The notes under the pieces were generated by a model that saw only the letters and a list, made by a program, of their open reading frames with translations, ran no database searches and was not told the DNA's origin. Position numbers and translations under genes: made by a program. This document shows positions 17,607 through 28,618 of a stretch of DNA of 32,000 nt, piece after piece. This DNA comes from a cyanobacterium endosymbiont of Epithemia turgida isolate EtSB Lake Yunoko (GTDB lineage Bacteria > Cyanobacteriota > Cyanobacteriia > Cyanobacteriales > Microcystaceae): the NCBI RefSeq assembly GCF_000829235.1, contig NZ_AP012549.1, forward strand, positions 2,490,001-2,522,000, read 5' to 3'. The stretch's first letter is position 1, and every line of letters starts with the position of its first letter.

Positions 17607-18866
17607 TCACATTATTTCAGTGAAAAAATCAATTGTTTCTTTTAAAGCTAAAATAAACTTGTCAATTTCCTCAAAGGTATTATAAAAATATAAACTAACT
17701 CTGGCACTTCCTGAGGCATTAAATAGGCGATGTAAGGGTTGAGTACAATGGTCTCCTGACCGAATGGAAATTCCTTCATTATCTAATAAAGTTGATAAGT
17801 CACTCCCATGAATTCCTTCGACATTAAAAGAAGCTAATGCTGCTCTTCTTTTACCGTCTAAATTGGATATAGAGCCATAAATCCGTACCTTAGGAATTTC
17901 TGTTAAGTTTTTAAATAAATAGGTAGTCAATTCCTCTTCATAAAGATGGATTTTATCCAATCCAATAGTTGTTAAATAATCTACCGCTGCTCCTAAGGCT
18001 ATCACTTCACCAACAGCAGGGGTTCCTGCTTCAAATTTGTGGGGTAGTTTTCCATAGGTAAATCTCTCAAGAAATACCTCTCCTATCATTTCTCCTCCAC
18101 CAAGAAAGGGAGGCATCTCTTCCAAAACTTTTTTCTTACCATAAAGAAACCCAATTCCCGTCGGAGCACACATTTTATGTCCACTAGCCACCAACCAATC
18201 ACAGCCAATTTGCTGTACATCAATAGATAAATGAGGCACACTTTGACAAGCATCAATTAACACCTTTGCTCCCACTTGATGGGCTGCAGAAGTAATTTCT
18301 TTTACTGGGTTAATACAGCCCAACGTATTGGAAACATGGACGATAGCTACTAATTTTGTCTTACGCGATAACAAGGATTGAAAATGATCTAAATCCAATT
18401 CTTCTTGCTCAGTTAAAAAGACATATTTGATTACTGCCCCTGTTTTTTTAGCTATTATTTGCCAGGGAACAATATTACTATGGTGTTCCATGACGGAAAT
18501 AATAATTTCATCTCCCGGTTTTAAGTTGCTTAAACCCCAACTATAAGCGACTAAATTAATAGCTTCTGTAGCATTACGAGTAAAAATAAGCTCTTGAGAT
18601 GATTGGGAATTAATGAATTTTGCCACCTTGTCCCTCGCCCCTTCATATGCTTCTGTTGCCCGCACACTTAAACTATGCGCTCCTCGATGAACATTGGCGT
18701 TATCTTTTTCATAGTAATGACGCAGAGTATCAAGGACAATCAAAGGTTTTTGGGAAGTAGCAGCACTGTCGAGATAAATTAAGGACTTTCCGTTAATTTT
18801 TTGATGTAAGATTGGAAAATCAGAACGAACTTTAGCAGCAAGAGTTTTTTCTTTTACAGAAATCAT
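17607..18866 (-). CDS. sufS: Cysteine desulfurase SufS (class V aminotransferase, group II), 419 aa.
   Basis: This is a track ORF. It has the PLP-lysine context [12 protein letters not shown] and the catalytic Cys loop RSGDHCTQP. It is last in a sufBCDS arrangement. Confidence 0.95.
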   Translation of the reverse strand: MISVKEKTLAAKVRSDFPILHQKINGKSLIYLDSAATSQKPLIVLDTLRHYYEKDNANVHRGAHSLSVRATEAYEGARDKVAKFINSQSSQELIFTRNATEAINLVAYSWGLSNLKPGDEIIISVMEHHSNIVPWQIIAKKTGAVIKYVFLTEQEELDLDHFQSLLSRKTKLVAIVHVSNTLGCINPVKEITSAAHQVGAKVLIDACQSVPHLSIDVQQIGCDWLVASGHKMCAPTGIGFLYGKKKVLEEMPPFLGGGEMIGEVFLERFTYGKLPHKFEAGTPAVGEVIALGAAVDYLTTIGLDKIHLYEEELTTYLFKNLTEIPKVRIYGSISNLDGKRRAALASFNVEGIHGSDLSTLLDNEGISIRSGDHCTQPLHRLFNASGSARVSLYFYNTFEEIDKFILALKETIDFFTEIM

Positions 18867-18953
18867 GACAAATTCAAACGTTAGAAGTTAGTTGGAGGCT
18901 TGAACATCTTGAAATGTTTCTACTATAAGTTATTAAGGTAATTAATAATTTAT

Positions 18954-20321
18954 TTAGGATGCTAAGGTACGACAGGCGACACATTGAGTGAGTCTTTGAC
19001 GTAGAGACTTAAGAGGAAGTCGATCCAAGATTTCGGTGGCGAAGGCGTCAATTAAGAGGTTACGGGCGTCATTTTGACTTAACCCACGACTTTGTAAATA
19101 AAAAAGTTCATCAGATTTTAATTGACTAATAGTTGCCCCGTGAGAACATTTAACATTGTCTGCAGTAATTTGCAATTCGGGTTTAGTATTAACACGGGCC
19201 TTTGAAGACAGCAACAAATTCCGATTTAATTGGGTTGCATTGGTTAATTGTGCTGGTTTTGGAACGAATATTTTACCGTTAAATATACCATGGCCATAAT
19301 CATCAATGATATATTTGTGTAATTGATGGATTGTTCCATAGGGACAGTTAAGATAGACTGCACTGTGAGTATCCGAAATCTGTAAACTTCCGACCATTGT
19401 TAAACTACTCAGGTGAGTTTCAGCTTGCTTTCCTTGTTGAAAAACCTTGAGAGTGTGGCGAGAGAGTTTTGCACCTAGACTAATATCATTACAAATATAA
19501 CGACTTTCTTTATTTTGGATAATCGCGGTTTTTCCAATGTGAAAGCTATCTCCTAATTCTCGTTGAATTCGACTATGATTAATGTGGGCATTGTCTTCCA
19601 GAAATATCTCTGTTACCCCATTCACTAAATAAGGTTTGTTCTCTACAATATCAGAGCATTCTTGGGTAGTAGCCGTATAGTTCTCTACCAAAGTAATATT
19701 TGAATTTGTTTCGGCTACAATTAAAACACGAGGTTGAATTAAATTATAAGAATCTGTAGGAACAGATATAAAGAGTAAATTAACAGGAATATCGACAACA
19801 ATGTTTGGATCGACCCAAATGATGGCAACATCATGAAAATATGCCGTATTTATCAAGGCAAAAAAGTCTTTTTCCCCATTATTTTGGGAAAAATAATGAA
19901 TAACCTTGGCTTTCTTAGATTCGGGAAGTCCCATTAAATCTCCTACATATACCCCTTCAGGTAAAGCAGATAAATTTGATAATTCAGGGACATACTCTCC
20001 ATTAACAAAAATAAGCCGACTCTCTTGGGTTTCGGGTAAGATAAAAGAGGAAAAATCATCTAGATTAATGGTATCAGCAGATTTAGCTGGTTTAAACTGA
20101 ATATTGGACAATTCAGACAAGTCGGTAAATCTCCAATCTTCATCCTGTTTTGTCGGGAAGTTCAATGTCCTTGACTCAGATATTGCATCCTCCCGCAATT
20201 TTGATAAAAATTGCAGCTCGCCCACTGCTTCCTGGGGCTGACATTTCTCTGATAATCCCAACAGAATATTCTCCCAAATTTGGTTGATACGTACACTTTT
20301 TTTTATGGTCGATGTTGTCAT
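18954..20321 (-). CDS. sufD: Fe-S cluster assembly protein SufD, 455 aa.
   Basis: This is a track ORF. The C-terminal SufB/SufD beta-helix blocks are present (NTKPELQITADNVKCSHGATISQL, ELFYLQSRGL). It lies between sufC and sufS. Confidence 0.92.
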   Translation of the reverse strand: MTTSTIKKSVRINQIWENILLGLSEKCQPQEAVGELQFLSKLREDAISESRTLNFPTKQDEDWRFTDLSELSNIQFKPAKSADTINLDDFSSFILPETQESRLIFVNGEYVPELSNLSALPEGVYVGDLMGLPESKKAKVIHYFSQNNGEKDFFALINTAYFHDVAIIWVDPNIVVDIPVNLLFISVPTDSYNLIQPRVLIVAETNSNITLVENYTATTQECSDIVENKPYLVNGVTEIFLEDNAHINHSRIQRELGDSFHIGKTAIIQNKESRYICNDISLGAKLSRHTLKVFQQGKQAETHLSSLTMVGSLQISDTHSAVYLNCPYGTIHQLHKYIIDDYGHGIFNGKIFVPKPAQLTNATQLNRNLLLSSKARVNTKPELQITADNVKCSHGATISQLKSDELFYLQSRGLSQNDARNLLIDAFATEILDRLPLKSLRQRLTQCVACRTLAS

Positions 20322-20385
20322 ATAATCACTTCCCTTATGAAAGATTCAGATATGGGATAACTTATTAAGTTGTTGAGGGATACTT

Positions 20386-21156
20386 CTAAGCGTTAGTCAA
20401 CAGGGTTTCTTCGACAAAGTCATAACCGCTTTCTTCAAGTTCAAGGGCTAAGTCTTTTCCCCCCGTCGTCACAATTCGTCCATTGTGCATTACGTGGATA
20501 TACTGAGGTTCGATGTAGTTGAGTAACCTTTGGTAGTGGGTAATCAACAAAAAAGCGTTCTCATCAGTGGCTAATTTATTGACACCATTAGCAACAATTC
20601 TTAATGCATCGATATCCAGTCCAGAATCAATCTCATCTAAAATACCTAGGGTAGGTTCTAACAAAGCCATCTGTAAAATTTCATTGCGTTTTTTTTCTCC
20701 CCCAGAAAACCCTTCGTTTAAACTTCTCTCCAAAAAGCTAGGGTTCATCTTGACAACATCTAACTTTTTTTCTACTAAGTCTTCAAAATCAAAGGTGTCA
20801 ATTTCCTCTAGCCCTTGATATTTTCGATGGGCATTGTAAGCCACCCTCAGGAAATTTAAATTACTTACCCCTGGAATTTCTAAAGGATACTGAAAAGCCA
20901 GAAAAATTCCCATATTCGCCCGTTCAGTTGGACTTTTACCGATAATTTCTTCCCCTTTATAAATTATATTTCCACCAGTTATTTCATAATCAGGATGTCC
21001 CGCTAACACTTTTGATAGAGTACTTTTGCCAGACCCATTTCTTCCCATAATCGCATGTATTTCTCCTGCTTTTATTTCTAGGCTAACACCTTTTAGAATA
21101 GGATTTCCTTCAACATTAACTGTTAAATTTTGAACTGATAAGATAACTTTACTCAT
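20386..21156 (-). CDS. sufC: Fe-S cluster assembly ATPase SufC, 256 aa.
   Basis: This is a track ORF. It has Walker [13 protein letters not shown] signature FSGGEKKR, Walker [13 protein letters not shown] and the H-loop ITHY. Confidence 0.97.
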   Translation of the reverse strand: MSKVILSVQNLTVNVEGNPILKGVSLEIKAGEIHAIMGRNGSGKSTLSKVLAGHPDYEITGGNIIYKGEEIIGKSPTERANMGIFLAFQYPLEIPGVSNLNFLRVAYNAHRKYQGLEEIDTFDFEDLVEKKLDVVKMNPSFLERSLNEGFSGGEKKRNEILQMALLEPTLGILDEIDSGLDIDALRIVANGVNKLATDENAFLLITHYQRLLNYIEPQYIHVMHNGRIVTTGGKDLALELEESGYDFVEETLLTNA

Positions 21157-21232
21157 TGATTTTTGTAATAATTAACAACTAGACTTTATGTGTTCTGAAC
21201 TTGAATTAAGGTGGAGATTGTCTATCCTAAGC

Positions 21233-22699
21233 TTAGCCGACAGTTTTTTCTAATTTCAGACCTAGAAGTCTATCAGCCTCGGCAGCGAATTCCATCGGCA
21301 ACTTACTCAAGACATCTTGGCAAAAACCACTCACTAACATAGAGACAGCATCTTCTTCAGAAATCCCTCGTTGAGCAAAGTAGAATAATTGGTCTTGTCC
21401 AATTTTAGAGGTTGAAGCTTCATGTTCTATCGTAGAAGTATTGTTATTTGCCTGAATGTAAGGAAAGGTATTAGCTTCAGCATTATCTCCAATTAACATT
21501 GAATCACATTGGGAGTAATTTCTTGAGCCTGTAGCTTTTCGTCCCATTTTTACTAATCCACGGTAACTATTTTTAGAACCTCCTGCAGAAATACCCTTAG
21601 AAATAATGGTACTACGAGTATTTTTGCCAATATGGAGCATTTTCGTTCCTGTATCTGCCTGCTGTTTATTATTAGTGAGGGCAATGGAATAAAATTCTCC
21701 AACCGAATTATCACCCACTAAGAGACAACTTGGATATTTCCAAGTAATAGCAGAACCTGTTTCTACCTGAGTCCAAGAAATCTTAGAATTAACCCCTTTA
21801 CATAAACCTCGCTTAGTGACGAAGTTATAGATTCCTCCTTGACCATTTTCATTCCCTGCGTACCAATTTTGGACAGTAGAATATTTAATATCAGCATTAT
21901 CTAAAGCCACTAACTCTACCACAGCTGCATGAAGTTGATTGTTGTCATACATCGGTGCCGTACACCCTTCCAGATAGCTAACAGAAGCTTCTTCTTCAGC
22001 TACAATTAATGTCCGCTCAAACTGCCCCGTATCTCCGCTGTTAATCCGAAAATAAGTAGATAGTTCCATAGGGCATTTAACCCCTTTGGGAATAAACACA
22101 AAGGACCCATCACTAAAAACTGCTGCATTGAGAGCAGCAAAGAAATTATCATTAGCTGGAACTACTGAGCCGATATATTTTAGAACCAAATCGGGATGTT
22201 CTTGTAAAGCTTCTGAAATAGAACAAAAAATAACCCCAGATTCAGCTAATTTTTCTTTAAAAGTTGTTGCTACAGAAACGCTATCAAAAATAGCATCCAC
22301 TGCTACGTTTCCTAATCGTTTTTGTTCAGATAGAGGAATACCTAACTTCTCAAAAGTTTCAAGTAAAGTCGGGTCAACTTCATCAAGACTGCCTAATTTT
22401 TTTTTCTTTTGTTTAGGGGCAGAATAACAAATAATATTCTGATAGTCAATAGGCGGATAAGTGACATGAGACCAAGTTGGTTCTGTCATCTTTTGCCATT
22501 GTCTATAAGCTTTTAGGCGAAAAGATAACATAAAGTTCGGTTCTTTTTTTTTCGCAGAAATCAGGCGAATAACATCCTCATTAATACCATGAGGGATCTT
22601 CTCGGACTCTATATCGGTAACAAACCCATATTTATAGGGTTGATTGACCAGAAGCTTAACTGATGTATCATTCATAAGTTGTGTGTTCTTCGTTTCCAT
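21233..22699 (-). CDS. sufB: Fe-S cluster assembly scaffold SufB, 488 aa.
   Basis: This is a track ORF. It has conserved SufB blocks ([49 protein letters not shown]). Confidence 0.97.
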   Translation of the reverse strand: METKNTQLMNDTSVKLLVNQPYKYGFVTDIESEKIPHGINEDVIRLISAKKKEPNFMLSFRLKAYRQWQKMTEPTWSHVTYPPIDYQNIICYSAPKQKKKKLGSLDEVDPTLLETFEKLGIPLSEQKRLGNVAVDAIFDSVSVATTFKEKLAESGVIFCSISEALQEHPDLVLKYIGSVVPANDNFFAALNAAVFSDGSFVFIPKGVKCPMELSTYFRINSGDTGQFERTLIVAEEEASVSYLEGCTAPMYDNNQLHAAVVELVALDNADIKYSTVQNWYAGNENGQGGIYNFVTKRGLCKGVNSKISWTQVETGSAITWKYPSCLLVGDNSVGEFYSIALTNNKQQADTGTKMLHIGKNTRSTIISKGISAGGSKNSYRGLVKMGRKATGSRNYSQCDSMLIGDNAEANTFPYIQANNNTSTIEHEASTSKIGQDQLFYFAQRGISEEDAVSMLVSGFCQDVLSKLPMEFAAEADRLLGLKLEKTVG

Positions 22700-22932
22700 T
22701 TAATTTAATAATTTCTCTTAGTATATCTAAAGAGTTGCCAGCTTCAAGTGTTGATAAACTTACCTCACTTGGAAGCAGATGTTTTAGGTCTCTCAATTCA
22801 TATCGTCAAAAGCGCGCTTTAATTACATGTGGTCGATAGCAACGAGTTTAGATAGAGAAGTTCTCTCTCAAAAGTCTTTAGGTTCATTAAAACAATTTTT
22901 ATATTGGTCAACTCTATTCTACAATAGAATAG

Positions 22933-22946
22933 CAACGTGATTGTTG
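22933..22946. promoter_or_regulatory. SufR-type operator box CAAC-N6-GTTG.
   Basis: caac gtgatt gttg at 22933-22946 in the sufB/sufR divergent region. The motif form is as I recall it for the cyanobacterial SufR repressor. It lies between a minus-strand TTGACA (22950..22945) and a minus-strand TATTGT (22926..22921, 18-nt spacer). A related half-site, atagcaacg, also occurs at 22836-22844 and 22929-22937. Confidence 0.6.
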
Positions 22947-22994
22947 TCAAAGTCACATTCAAACAAAATTTGAATGTGACTTTGACAACAATCA
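22938..22994. repeat. Perfect 57-bp palindrome (26-bp arms, 5-nt spacer caaaa) in the sufB/sufR intergenic region.
   Basis: I checked it base by base: tgattgttgtcaaagtcacattcaaa (22938-22963) is the exact reverse complement of tttgaatgtgactttgacaacaatca (22969-22994). Each arm carries a consensus -35 hexamer TTGACA facing outward: 22982-22987 on plus toward sufR, 22950..22945 on minus toward sufB. A smaller dyad, ctattcta-caa-tagaatag, sits just upstream at 22914-22932. Confidence 0.9.
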
Positions 22995-23085
22995 TCAGGA
23001 ATAAAACCATAATGATTAAGATATTCCTAGTGTTTCTATACCACTGCTTATCTCAGTCACACTTAATAAGCCAGTAACCGCAACG

Positions 23086-23742
23086 ATGACTATTATTGAG
23101 CCCTCTTCAACTAAAGAAGATATTCTGAACTATTTGCTTAGATATGGTAAAGCCAAGGCTTTTGAATTAGCCCAAGTTTTGAAAATCACACCTCAAGCAA
23201 CTCGCCGTCATCTTAAAGACTTGGAAACTGAGGACTTAATTGAACATCAATCTCAACAAGTTGGGTTAGGAAGGCCTCAATATATATATCATCTTAGTAA
23301 ACAAGGACGTGATCACTTCCCTAATCGCTATGGAGAATTTGCGGTTTCTTTCCTCAAGACTCTCACTGAAACGGTAGGGGAACAAAAGGTAGGAGAAGTT
23401 TTACGCAAACAATGGAAACGTAAAGCTCAAGACTATCGCCAGCGCATTGGCAATGGAACCCTTGATGAAAGAATGAATAAATTAGTTAAATTACGGCAAG
23501 AAGAAGGTTATATGGCAGAAATACACTTATTTAATCCTAAAAATAGTTCTCAATCCTTAAAAGAAGAGTATATTTTAGCAGAGCATCATTGTGCAATTTC
23601 TGAAGTAGCTGAATCTTACCCCACAGTTTGCGGTTACGAACTAGAAATGTTTACCGAAATTTTACCTGATTGTACTGTTGAAAGAACTCACTCGATTAAT
23701 GAAGGAGAACACAATTGTAAATATTTAATTAAAGCTAACTAA
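23086..23742 (+). CDS. sufR: SufR, iron-sulfur cluster biosynthesis transcriptional repressor (DeoR/ArsR-like wHTH plus [4Fe-4S] binding C-terminus), 218 aa.
   Basis: This is a track ORF, divergent from sufBCDS. It has an N-terminal wHTH (ELAQVLKITPQATRRHLKDLE). The C-terminal Cys spacing C-x12-C-x13-C-x14-C is intact (HHCAISEVAESYPTVCGYELEMFTEILPDCTVERTHSINEGEHNC). Confidence 0.92.
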   Translation: MTIIEPSSTKEDILNYLLRYGKAKAFELAQVLKITPQATRRHLKDLETEDLIEHQSQQVGLGRPQYIYHLSKQGRDHFPNRYGEFAVSFLKTLTETVGEQKVGEVLRKQWKRKAQDYRQRIGNGTLDERMNKLVKLRQEEGYMAEIHLFNPKNSSQSLKEEYILAEHHCAISEVAESYPTVCGYELEMFTEILPDCTVERTHSINEGEHNCKYLIKAN

Positions 23743-24011
23743 TTAATTATTACTTGTCAATTACTATCTACCTTGATATTAAGAAATAATTACAATTATT
23801 AACTTAATTTATAACTTTTACAAAATATGTACATGCTCATAAAGTATTGCTTTTATCCTCAAAAAATTAAATAATTTGTAAAAAATATAATTTTCTATTT
23901 TTATTATATGGATTGCATTTTCAAAAATTCGTAAAATTAAATTTATCTATTTTATCTATTAAAAGGTATAAAAATCTAGCTTTAAATCATTAATAGCTCT
24001 CCAATCTTTAA

Positions 24012-24068
24012 TGATTATAACTCAATCTAAATATTATCGACGATAATATTTAGATTGAGTTATAATCA
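24012..24068. repeat. Perfect 57-bp palindrome (28-bp arms around a single central base) 33 nt upstream of atx1.
   Basis: I checked it base by base around centre 24040: tgattataactcaatctaaatattatcg (24012-24039), a, cgataatatttagattgagttataatca (24041-24068). The right arm contains TATAAT at 24061-24066, and its mirror gives a minus-strand TATAAT at 24019..24014. Confidence 0.9.
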
Positions 24069-24100
24069 AGATAATCTCAAATATATGACTCAATTGTGCT

Positions 24101-24298
24101 ATGAATTTTACATTAAAAGTCCCTAGTATTGCCTGTGAAGCTTGCGCCAGTACTATTACTAAAGCAGTTAAAAATGAAAAGCCGGAAACTATCATATCTA
24201 TTGATGTTTCTACAAAAATTGTTACTGTTAAAACGACAGCTTCTGAAGAAACTATTAGAAAAATTATTGAAGGAATAGGCCATACTGTTGAAGATTAA
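24101..24298 (+). CDS. atx1: Atx1-type copper metallochaperone (HMA domain), 65 aa.
   Basis: This is a track ORF. MNFTLKVPSIACEACASTITKAVKNE...GIGHTVED closely parallels the Synechocystis Atx1 I remember (..LTVPTIACEACAEAVTKAVQNE...AGHEVE). This includes the CxxC metal site and the C-terminal His. Confidence 0.88.
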   Translation: MNFTLKVPSIACEACASTITKAVKNEKPETIISIDVSTKIVTVKTTASEETIRKIIEGIGHTVED

Positions 24299-25444
24299 TT
24301 TCGGTTCCGTTGCCAAAAGGTTTGAAAGTGACAATTATAATATGCCAATCAAACTTTTTGAAGTGTTAGTTATTTTATTAACTTTTTCATTAGCCTGTTA
24401 TTTTCGACTATTTATACCAATTTCCTGAAGTTTAGTTGCATATTATCTGTAGAAGTCAATGACCATTGATTCCTACAAGATTAGCATCTTTAGTCCAGGT
24501 TGATAAGAATGCAATTAGATGTTCTGCTTGTATTAATCAACTATCCTTATTCAGGATTTTTTTCTTTTTAAATTTTAAAAATAGATCGGATATAAGCCTT
24601 ATTTTGATATTGGTTAATTACTTTAGATTGCTTATTATGCTCACGGTTAATGAAATTTCTTACAAGGTCTTTTAGCCACTTGTACCGGTTTTCTAGCACT
24701 TAGCATGAATTATCAAGTATCTCCTCTACCATAAACGGACTAATATTAAGTACTTATATTCTTACTTAGAGCTTAGTATAAGGTGAGTTCAACTTCCAAA
24801 GAGATAGATTTTTCTTGTCCTCAATTATTAAACAAGCAAAGATAAACTCTCGTTGCAGGTTTAAAAGAAATAGCAAAATTAGTTCCTTTTTCATCCTAAC
24901 TTGCTCATAAAGTATAGTAATTTTTGGGCAAAAATTTGATGTTTTTTGGTAAGTTTGTCTCGATTTCAATAAAAACTTGCTCAGTTCTGGTATGAGTTAA
25001 ACTTTAGAAAGTAGAAAAGTTAAAGACTTAACGATTTTTTATAATTACAATATGACATCTTGGAATATCAGTTGTTTATTTTTTAAATTAGCATTAAAAT
25101 CCTTTCCTAAACTTTCTGAACATTCTATTTTTCCAATAAAGCGACGGAAAAATGGTATAAGACTCTCTCAAAATATGAGGTATATACTAGAAAAATATAG
25201 TAATTGCTAATCATTTATTGCCGCGACTTGCATAAGTGACTTAAGTGAAGATATTTTCACACTAGCTGTTTCATAGGCTAGGTATTTTTATTAACTAAAT
25301 GGATTAGAAAATAAGAAACAACGATGATTGCGGTGATGTTAGCTTGATGTCTAGAAAAAATAACTAGATTCTCTCGATATTATCTGATTATTTTTAGGGG
25401 AATGTAATTTTTTTTCGAAAGATAGATAAGTTTTATTTATTAAT

Positions 25445-25479
25445 TACTAATAATATAAATCAAATTTATATTATTAGTA
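25445..25479. repeat. AT-only 16-bp inverted repeat with 3-nt spacer in the gene-free tract.
   Basis: tactaataatataaat (25445-25460), caa, atttatattattagta (25464-25479), exact reverse complements. Confidence 0.85.
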
Positions 25480-26912
25480 GTGCAGTCAATGTTATTTTTA
25501 AATTAAATTTTTTTAAACTAAACAGTTTAACTTATATTATAAAGTGCTCAACTAAATTTAATATTAATGAATAATATTCTAAATAGAGCAAGACTGACTA
25601 TCAGTCATTATTAGATTTTCAATAAAATAAGAAAAGTTTAATTCGGCAATAAATAGACACAATAGCAGCTGATATTTATTGTAGTCTAATTAATAGAAAA
25701 CTTTATTAAAATAATGAATTAACCATTACAAATATTCCTTAAGCATAAAAAACTGTCTATTCCAAAATAAATTTTTGTCAAATCAGATACAATAAATTTA
25801 AGAATATATTTACAGTTTTTAGTATTAAAGTTATTGTAATTAAAAACATAATTGTATCATTATACCATTTTAAGCTGTTGTATTTTTTGGGTTAATTTAT
25901 TAATTTTTAAAACCCGCTTAAAACTGGATTAATTCGTTTATAATTAACGATACAATAACCTATTTTAACCACGAAAAAGATGAATATAGATAGTTAAAAT
26001 TTATAGTTGATTGAGATAATAAATTCTTTTGTTTACTTTGTTAAAATTAAAAATTATTTAATTTGAGTCCATGGGTATAAATTGTAATATTTATTTTTTA
26101 ATTTAATCAAATTTATTTATATTCTATCTATAAAAAAAATAAACTATAAGTGTTTTTAAAATGAAAACACTTAATTAGTGTTAACTAAATACTTTAAATT
26201 AAAACTATAATGATGTATTTTAGCAAGTATTGTGTGCAAATCTTATCAAGATTATTTTCTATTATTATGTTTACTTTGATTGAATTGATATTAATCAAAA
26301 ATATATATTATCCTATAATTTAAATTTATTTTTTAAAAAATATAAATATTTTTTAAAATTTTATGTTTTTTCTATAGAAAATAAAGTACAGAAAAATATA
26401 CTTAATTGTATTAGTTAACACTTAACATAGTTTTTTATAAATCCTAAGATTATGTTAATCTTAGCTATATTTTACTAATTCAAATATAGGGTTATTGACG
26501 TTAATCATAAAAATTTTTTATTAATAAACACTAAAATAGTGACATAAATAAATAAATGAGTTTGAAAAAAATTAGCTAAGATAAATTATTCTAATTACAC
26601 TAATAAAAGTGTTTATAAAATTACTTATTTTATGGTTTATATTATGTGTGTAAAGTAATTTAAATTATCATCTTATTAGGTATTCATACCATAATCTCCT
26701 AATTGTTTAGAATAAATCACCTAGCTCACTTTTTGCTATCAAATAAAAAGGACAGTTAATTTATACAAATAAGTTATAACTCTTAAGAATATAAAAGTAA
26801 CCGGCTCCCCCTATTTCATCAATTGATGTGCTGGAACTTCCCTAGTATAGAATAGGTCGTCTTTAGTCTAAAAGTATAATTGCTGTTTGTAAAGATTCAA
26901 GGAGTATAGTCG

Positions 26913-27968
26913 ATGGTCAAATTACGGGTAGGGTTATTGTTCGGGGGACGATCAGGAGAACATGAAGTTTCTATCAAGTCTGCAAAGGCAATCGCAACTG
27001 CCTTAAAGACTGCAGAAAACTACCAAAAATACGAGGTATTTCCTGTATATATTCAAAAAAATGGAGTTTGGCGAGCAGGAAATACCGCACAACAGATACT
27101 CGATCAAGAAACTCCCTTACGCTGTAAAGATGCAACCACACAACAATTATGGCAATTTCCACCCCAAGTGAGTGAAGTAGATGTTTGGTTTCCCATTCTT
27201 CACGGACCAAATGGCGAAGACGGTACGATACAAGGGTTATTGACCTTAATGCAAACTCCTTTTGTAGGGAGCGGGGTTTTAGGATCATCCGTAGGCATGG
27301 ATAAGATTGCCATGAAAATGATCTTCGCTCAGGTAGGATTACCCCAAGTTGAATATATTGCGCTAGACCGAGCTGATATCTGGTCTAATCCCTCTGTTTT
27401 TCCCAAACTTTGTGACAAAATTGAAAAAGCTATAACTTATCCTTGTTTTGTAAAGCCTGCTAACCTAGGGTCATCTGTAGGAATTGCTAAAGTGCGATCA
27501 CGTTCAGAACTTAAAGCCGCCTTGGATGATGCAGCAGGTTATGACAGACGCATTGTGGTTGAAACAGGAGTAACAGCTAGAGAAGTTGAATGTGCGGTTT
27601 TTGGCAATGAAAACCCCAAAGCGTCGGTGATTGGGGAAATTACTTATAATAGTGATTTTTACGATTATGAGGCGAAATATACAGGTGGTAAGGCGCAATT
27701 ATGTATTCCTGCTCAACTTCCTGACTCCATTACTATTCAAATTCAAGAAATGGCTGTGCTTGCGTTTGCTGCAGTAGATGGGGCAGGATTAGCTCGGGTA
27801 GACTTTTTTTATATAGAAGATAGCCAAGAAGTGTTTGTCAATGAAATTAACACCCTTCCAGGGTTTACTATTTTTAGTATGTATCCCCAACTGTGGAAAG
27901 CAACTGGAGTTTCTTTCCCTGAATTAGTCGATCAATTAATTCAATTAGCATTAGGAAAAAATAATTGA
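26913..27968 (+). CDS. ddl: D-alanine--D-alanine ligase, 351 aa.
   Basis: This is a track ORF. The N-terminus [19 protein letters not shown], the ATP-grasp blocks ([22 protein letters not shown]) and the length are typical of Ddl. AAGGAG at 26899-26904 lies 8 nt before the ATG. Confidence 0.95.
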   Translation: MVKLRVGLLFGGRSGEHEVSIKSAKAIATALKTAENYQKYEVFPVYIQKNGVWRAGNTAQQILDQETPLRCKDATTQQLWQFPPQVSEVDVWFPILHGPNGEDGTIQGLLTLMQTPFVGSGVLGSSVGMDKIAMKMIFAQVGLPQVEYIALDRADIWSNPSVFPKLCDKIEKAITYPCFVKPANLGSSVGIAKVRSRSELKAALDDAAGYDRRIVVETGVTAREVECAVFGNENPKASVIGEITYNSDFYDYEAKYTGGKAQLCIPAQLPDSITIQIQEMAVLAFAAVDGAGLARVDFFYIEDSQEVFVNEINTLPGFTIFSMYPQLWKATGVSFPELVDQLIQLALGKNN

Positions 27969-28618
27969 GAGACTACTTATCAAAAAACATCAAGTAAGAT
28001 ACATTAGACAAACTCTTGTTATGACGAGATAAAGTAGACTGTAACTTTTATTATACTGTAATGTAGTACACATAAAATTTTAGTGCATTGTGATGGACTA
28101 ATAAGTCCCACAGCTATCTTAAGATTTACTTTATAAACAGTCTCTGATACTTTCACTTAAGAGGCAATTAGAAGAAAAAATTTATAACATTGACTATTAT
28201 TGAATTAACTTTCGATGAATATCCTAGATAATATTTTGAGGAAAAAAGAAAATTTTAATTAATTAAAGATTTTTAAAGATGGGGTAATCAAAGTGCCCAA
28301 AAATGTTCCTGTATTTTTAGCTACAGTATTTAATAAAAAAAATAAATATCTATAATTAGATTATGTATATTAGTAATATTTTTGATAAAAATATTACCTA
28401 AGTAGGGAAGGAAAAGGTTATATTTCCAGTGTCAGTTTAGTAATTAGAGAGTCACATTTGACTACATTATAAATTATTGATGCCTTCGGAATTAAGAAGT
28501 TGAATTGACAATAATTATTTTATCTTTATTTAATTTCAATATTCAATCTTCATAAATAAAAACACAGCTACAAAATATTGTCCCATTATGCTTTATTTTC
28601 TATATTTTGTGGCTATAA

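Noticed and set aside
22819-23010. 63-aa minus-strand track ORF in the sufB/sufR intergenic region.
   Set aside because: It reads straight through the 57-bp palindrome (hence VKVTFKFCLNVTLTT). The region is regulatory, and the ORF has no coding-like composition.
24466-24969. 69-aa (plus) and 67-aa (minus) track ORFs in the AT-rich tract.
   Set aside because: They have low-complexity, Phe/Leu/Ile/Asn/Lys-rich translations typical of random ORFs in AT-rich DNA, with no motif and no RBS.
24299-26912. Chromosomal replication origin in the AT-rich tract.
   Set aside because: I saw no cluster of DnaA boxes (TTTTCCACA / TTATCCACA), only scattered one- or two-mismatch copies elsewhere (for example near 1380 and 13600). 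No dnaA or dnaN is adjacent.
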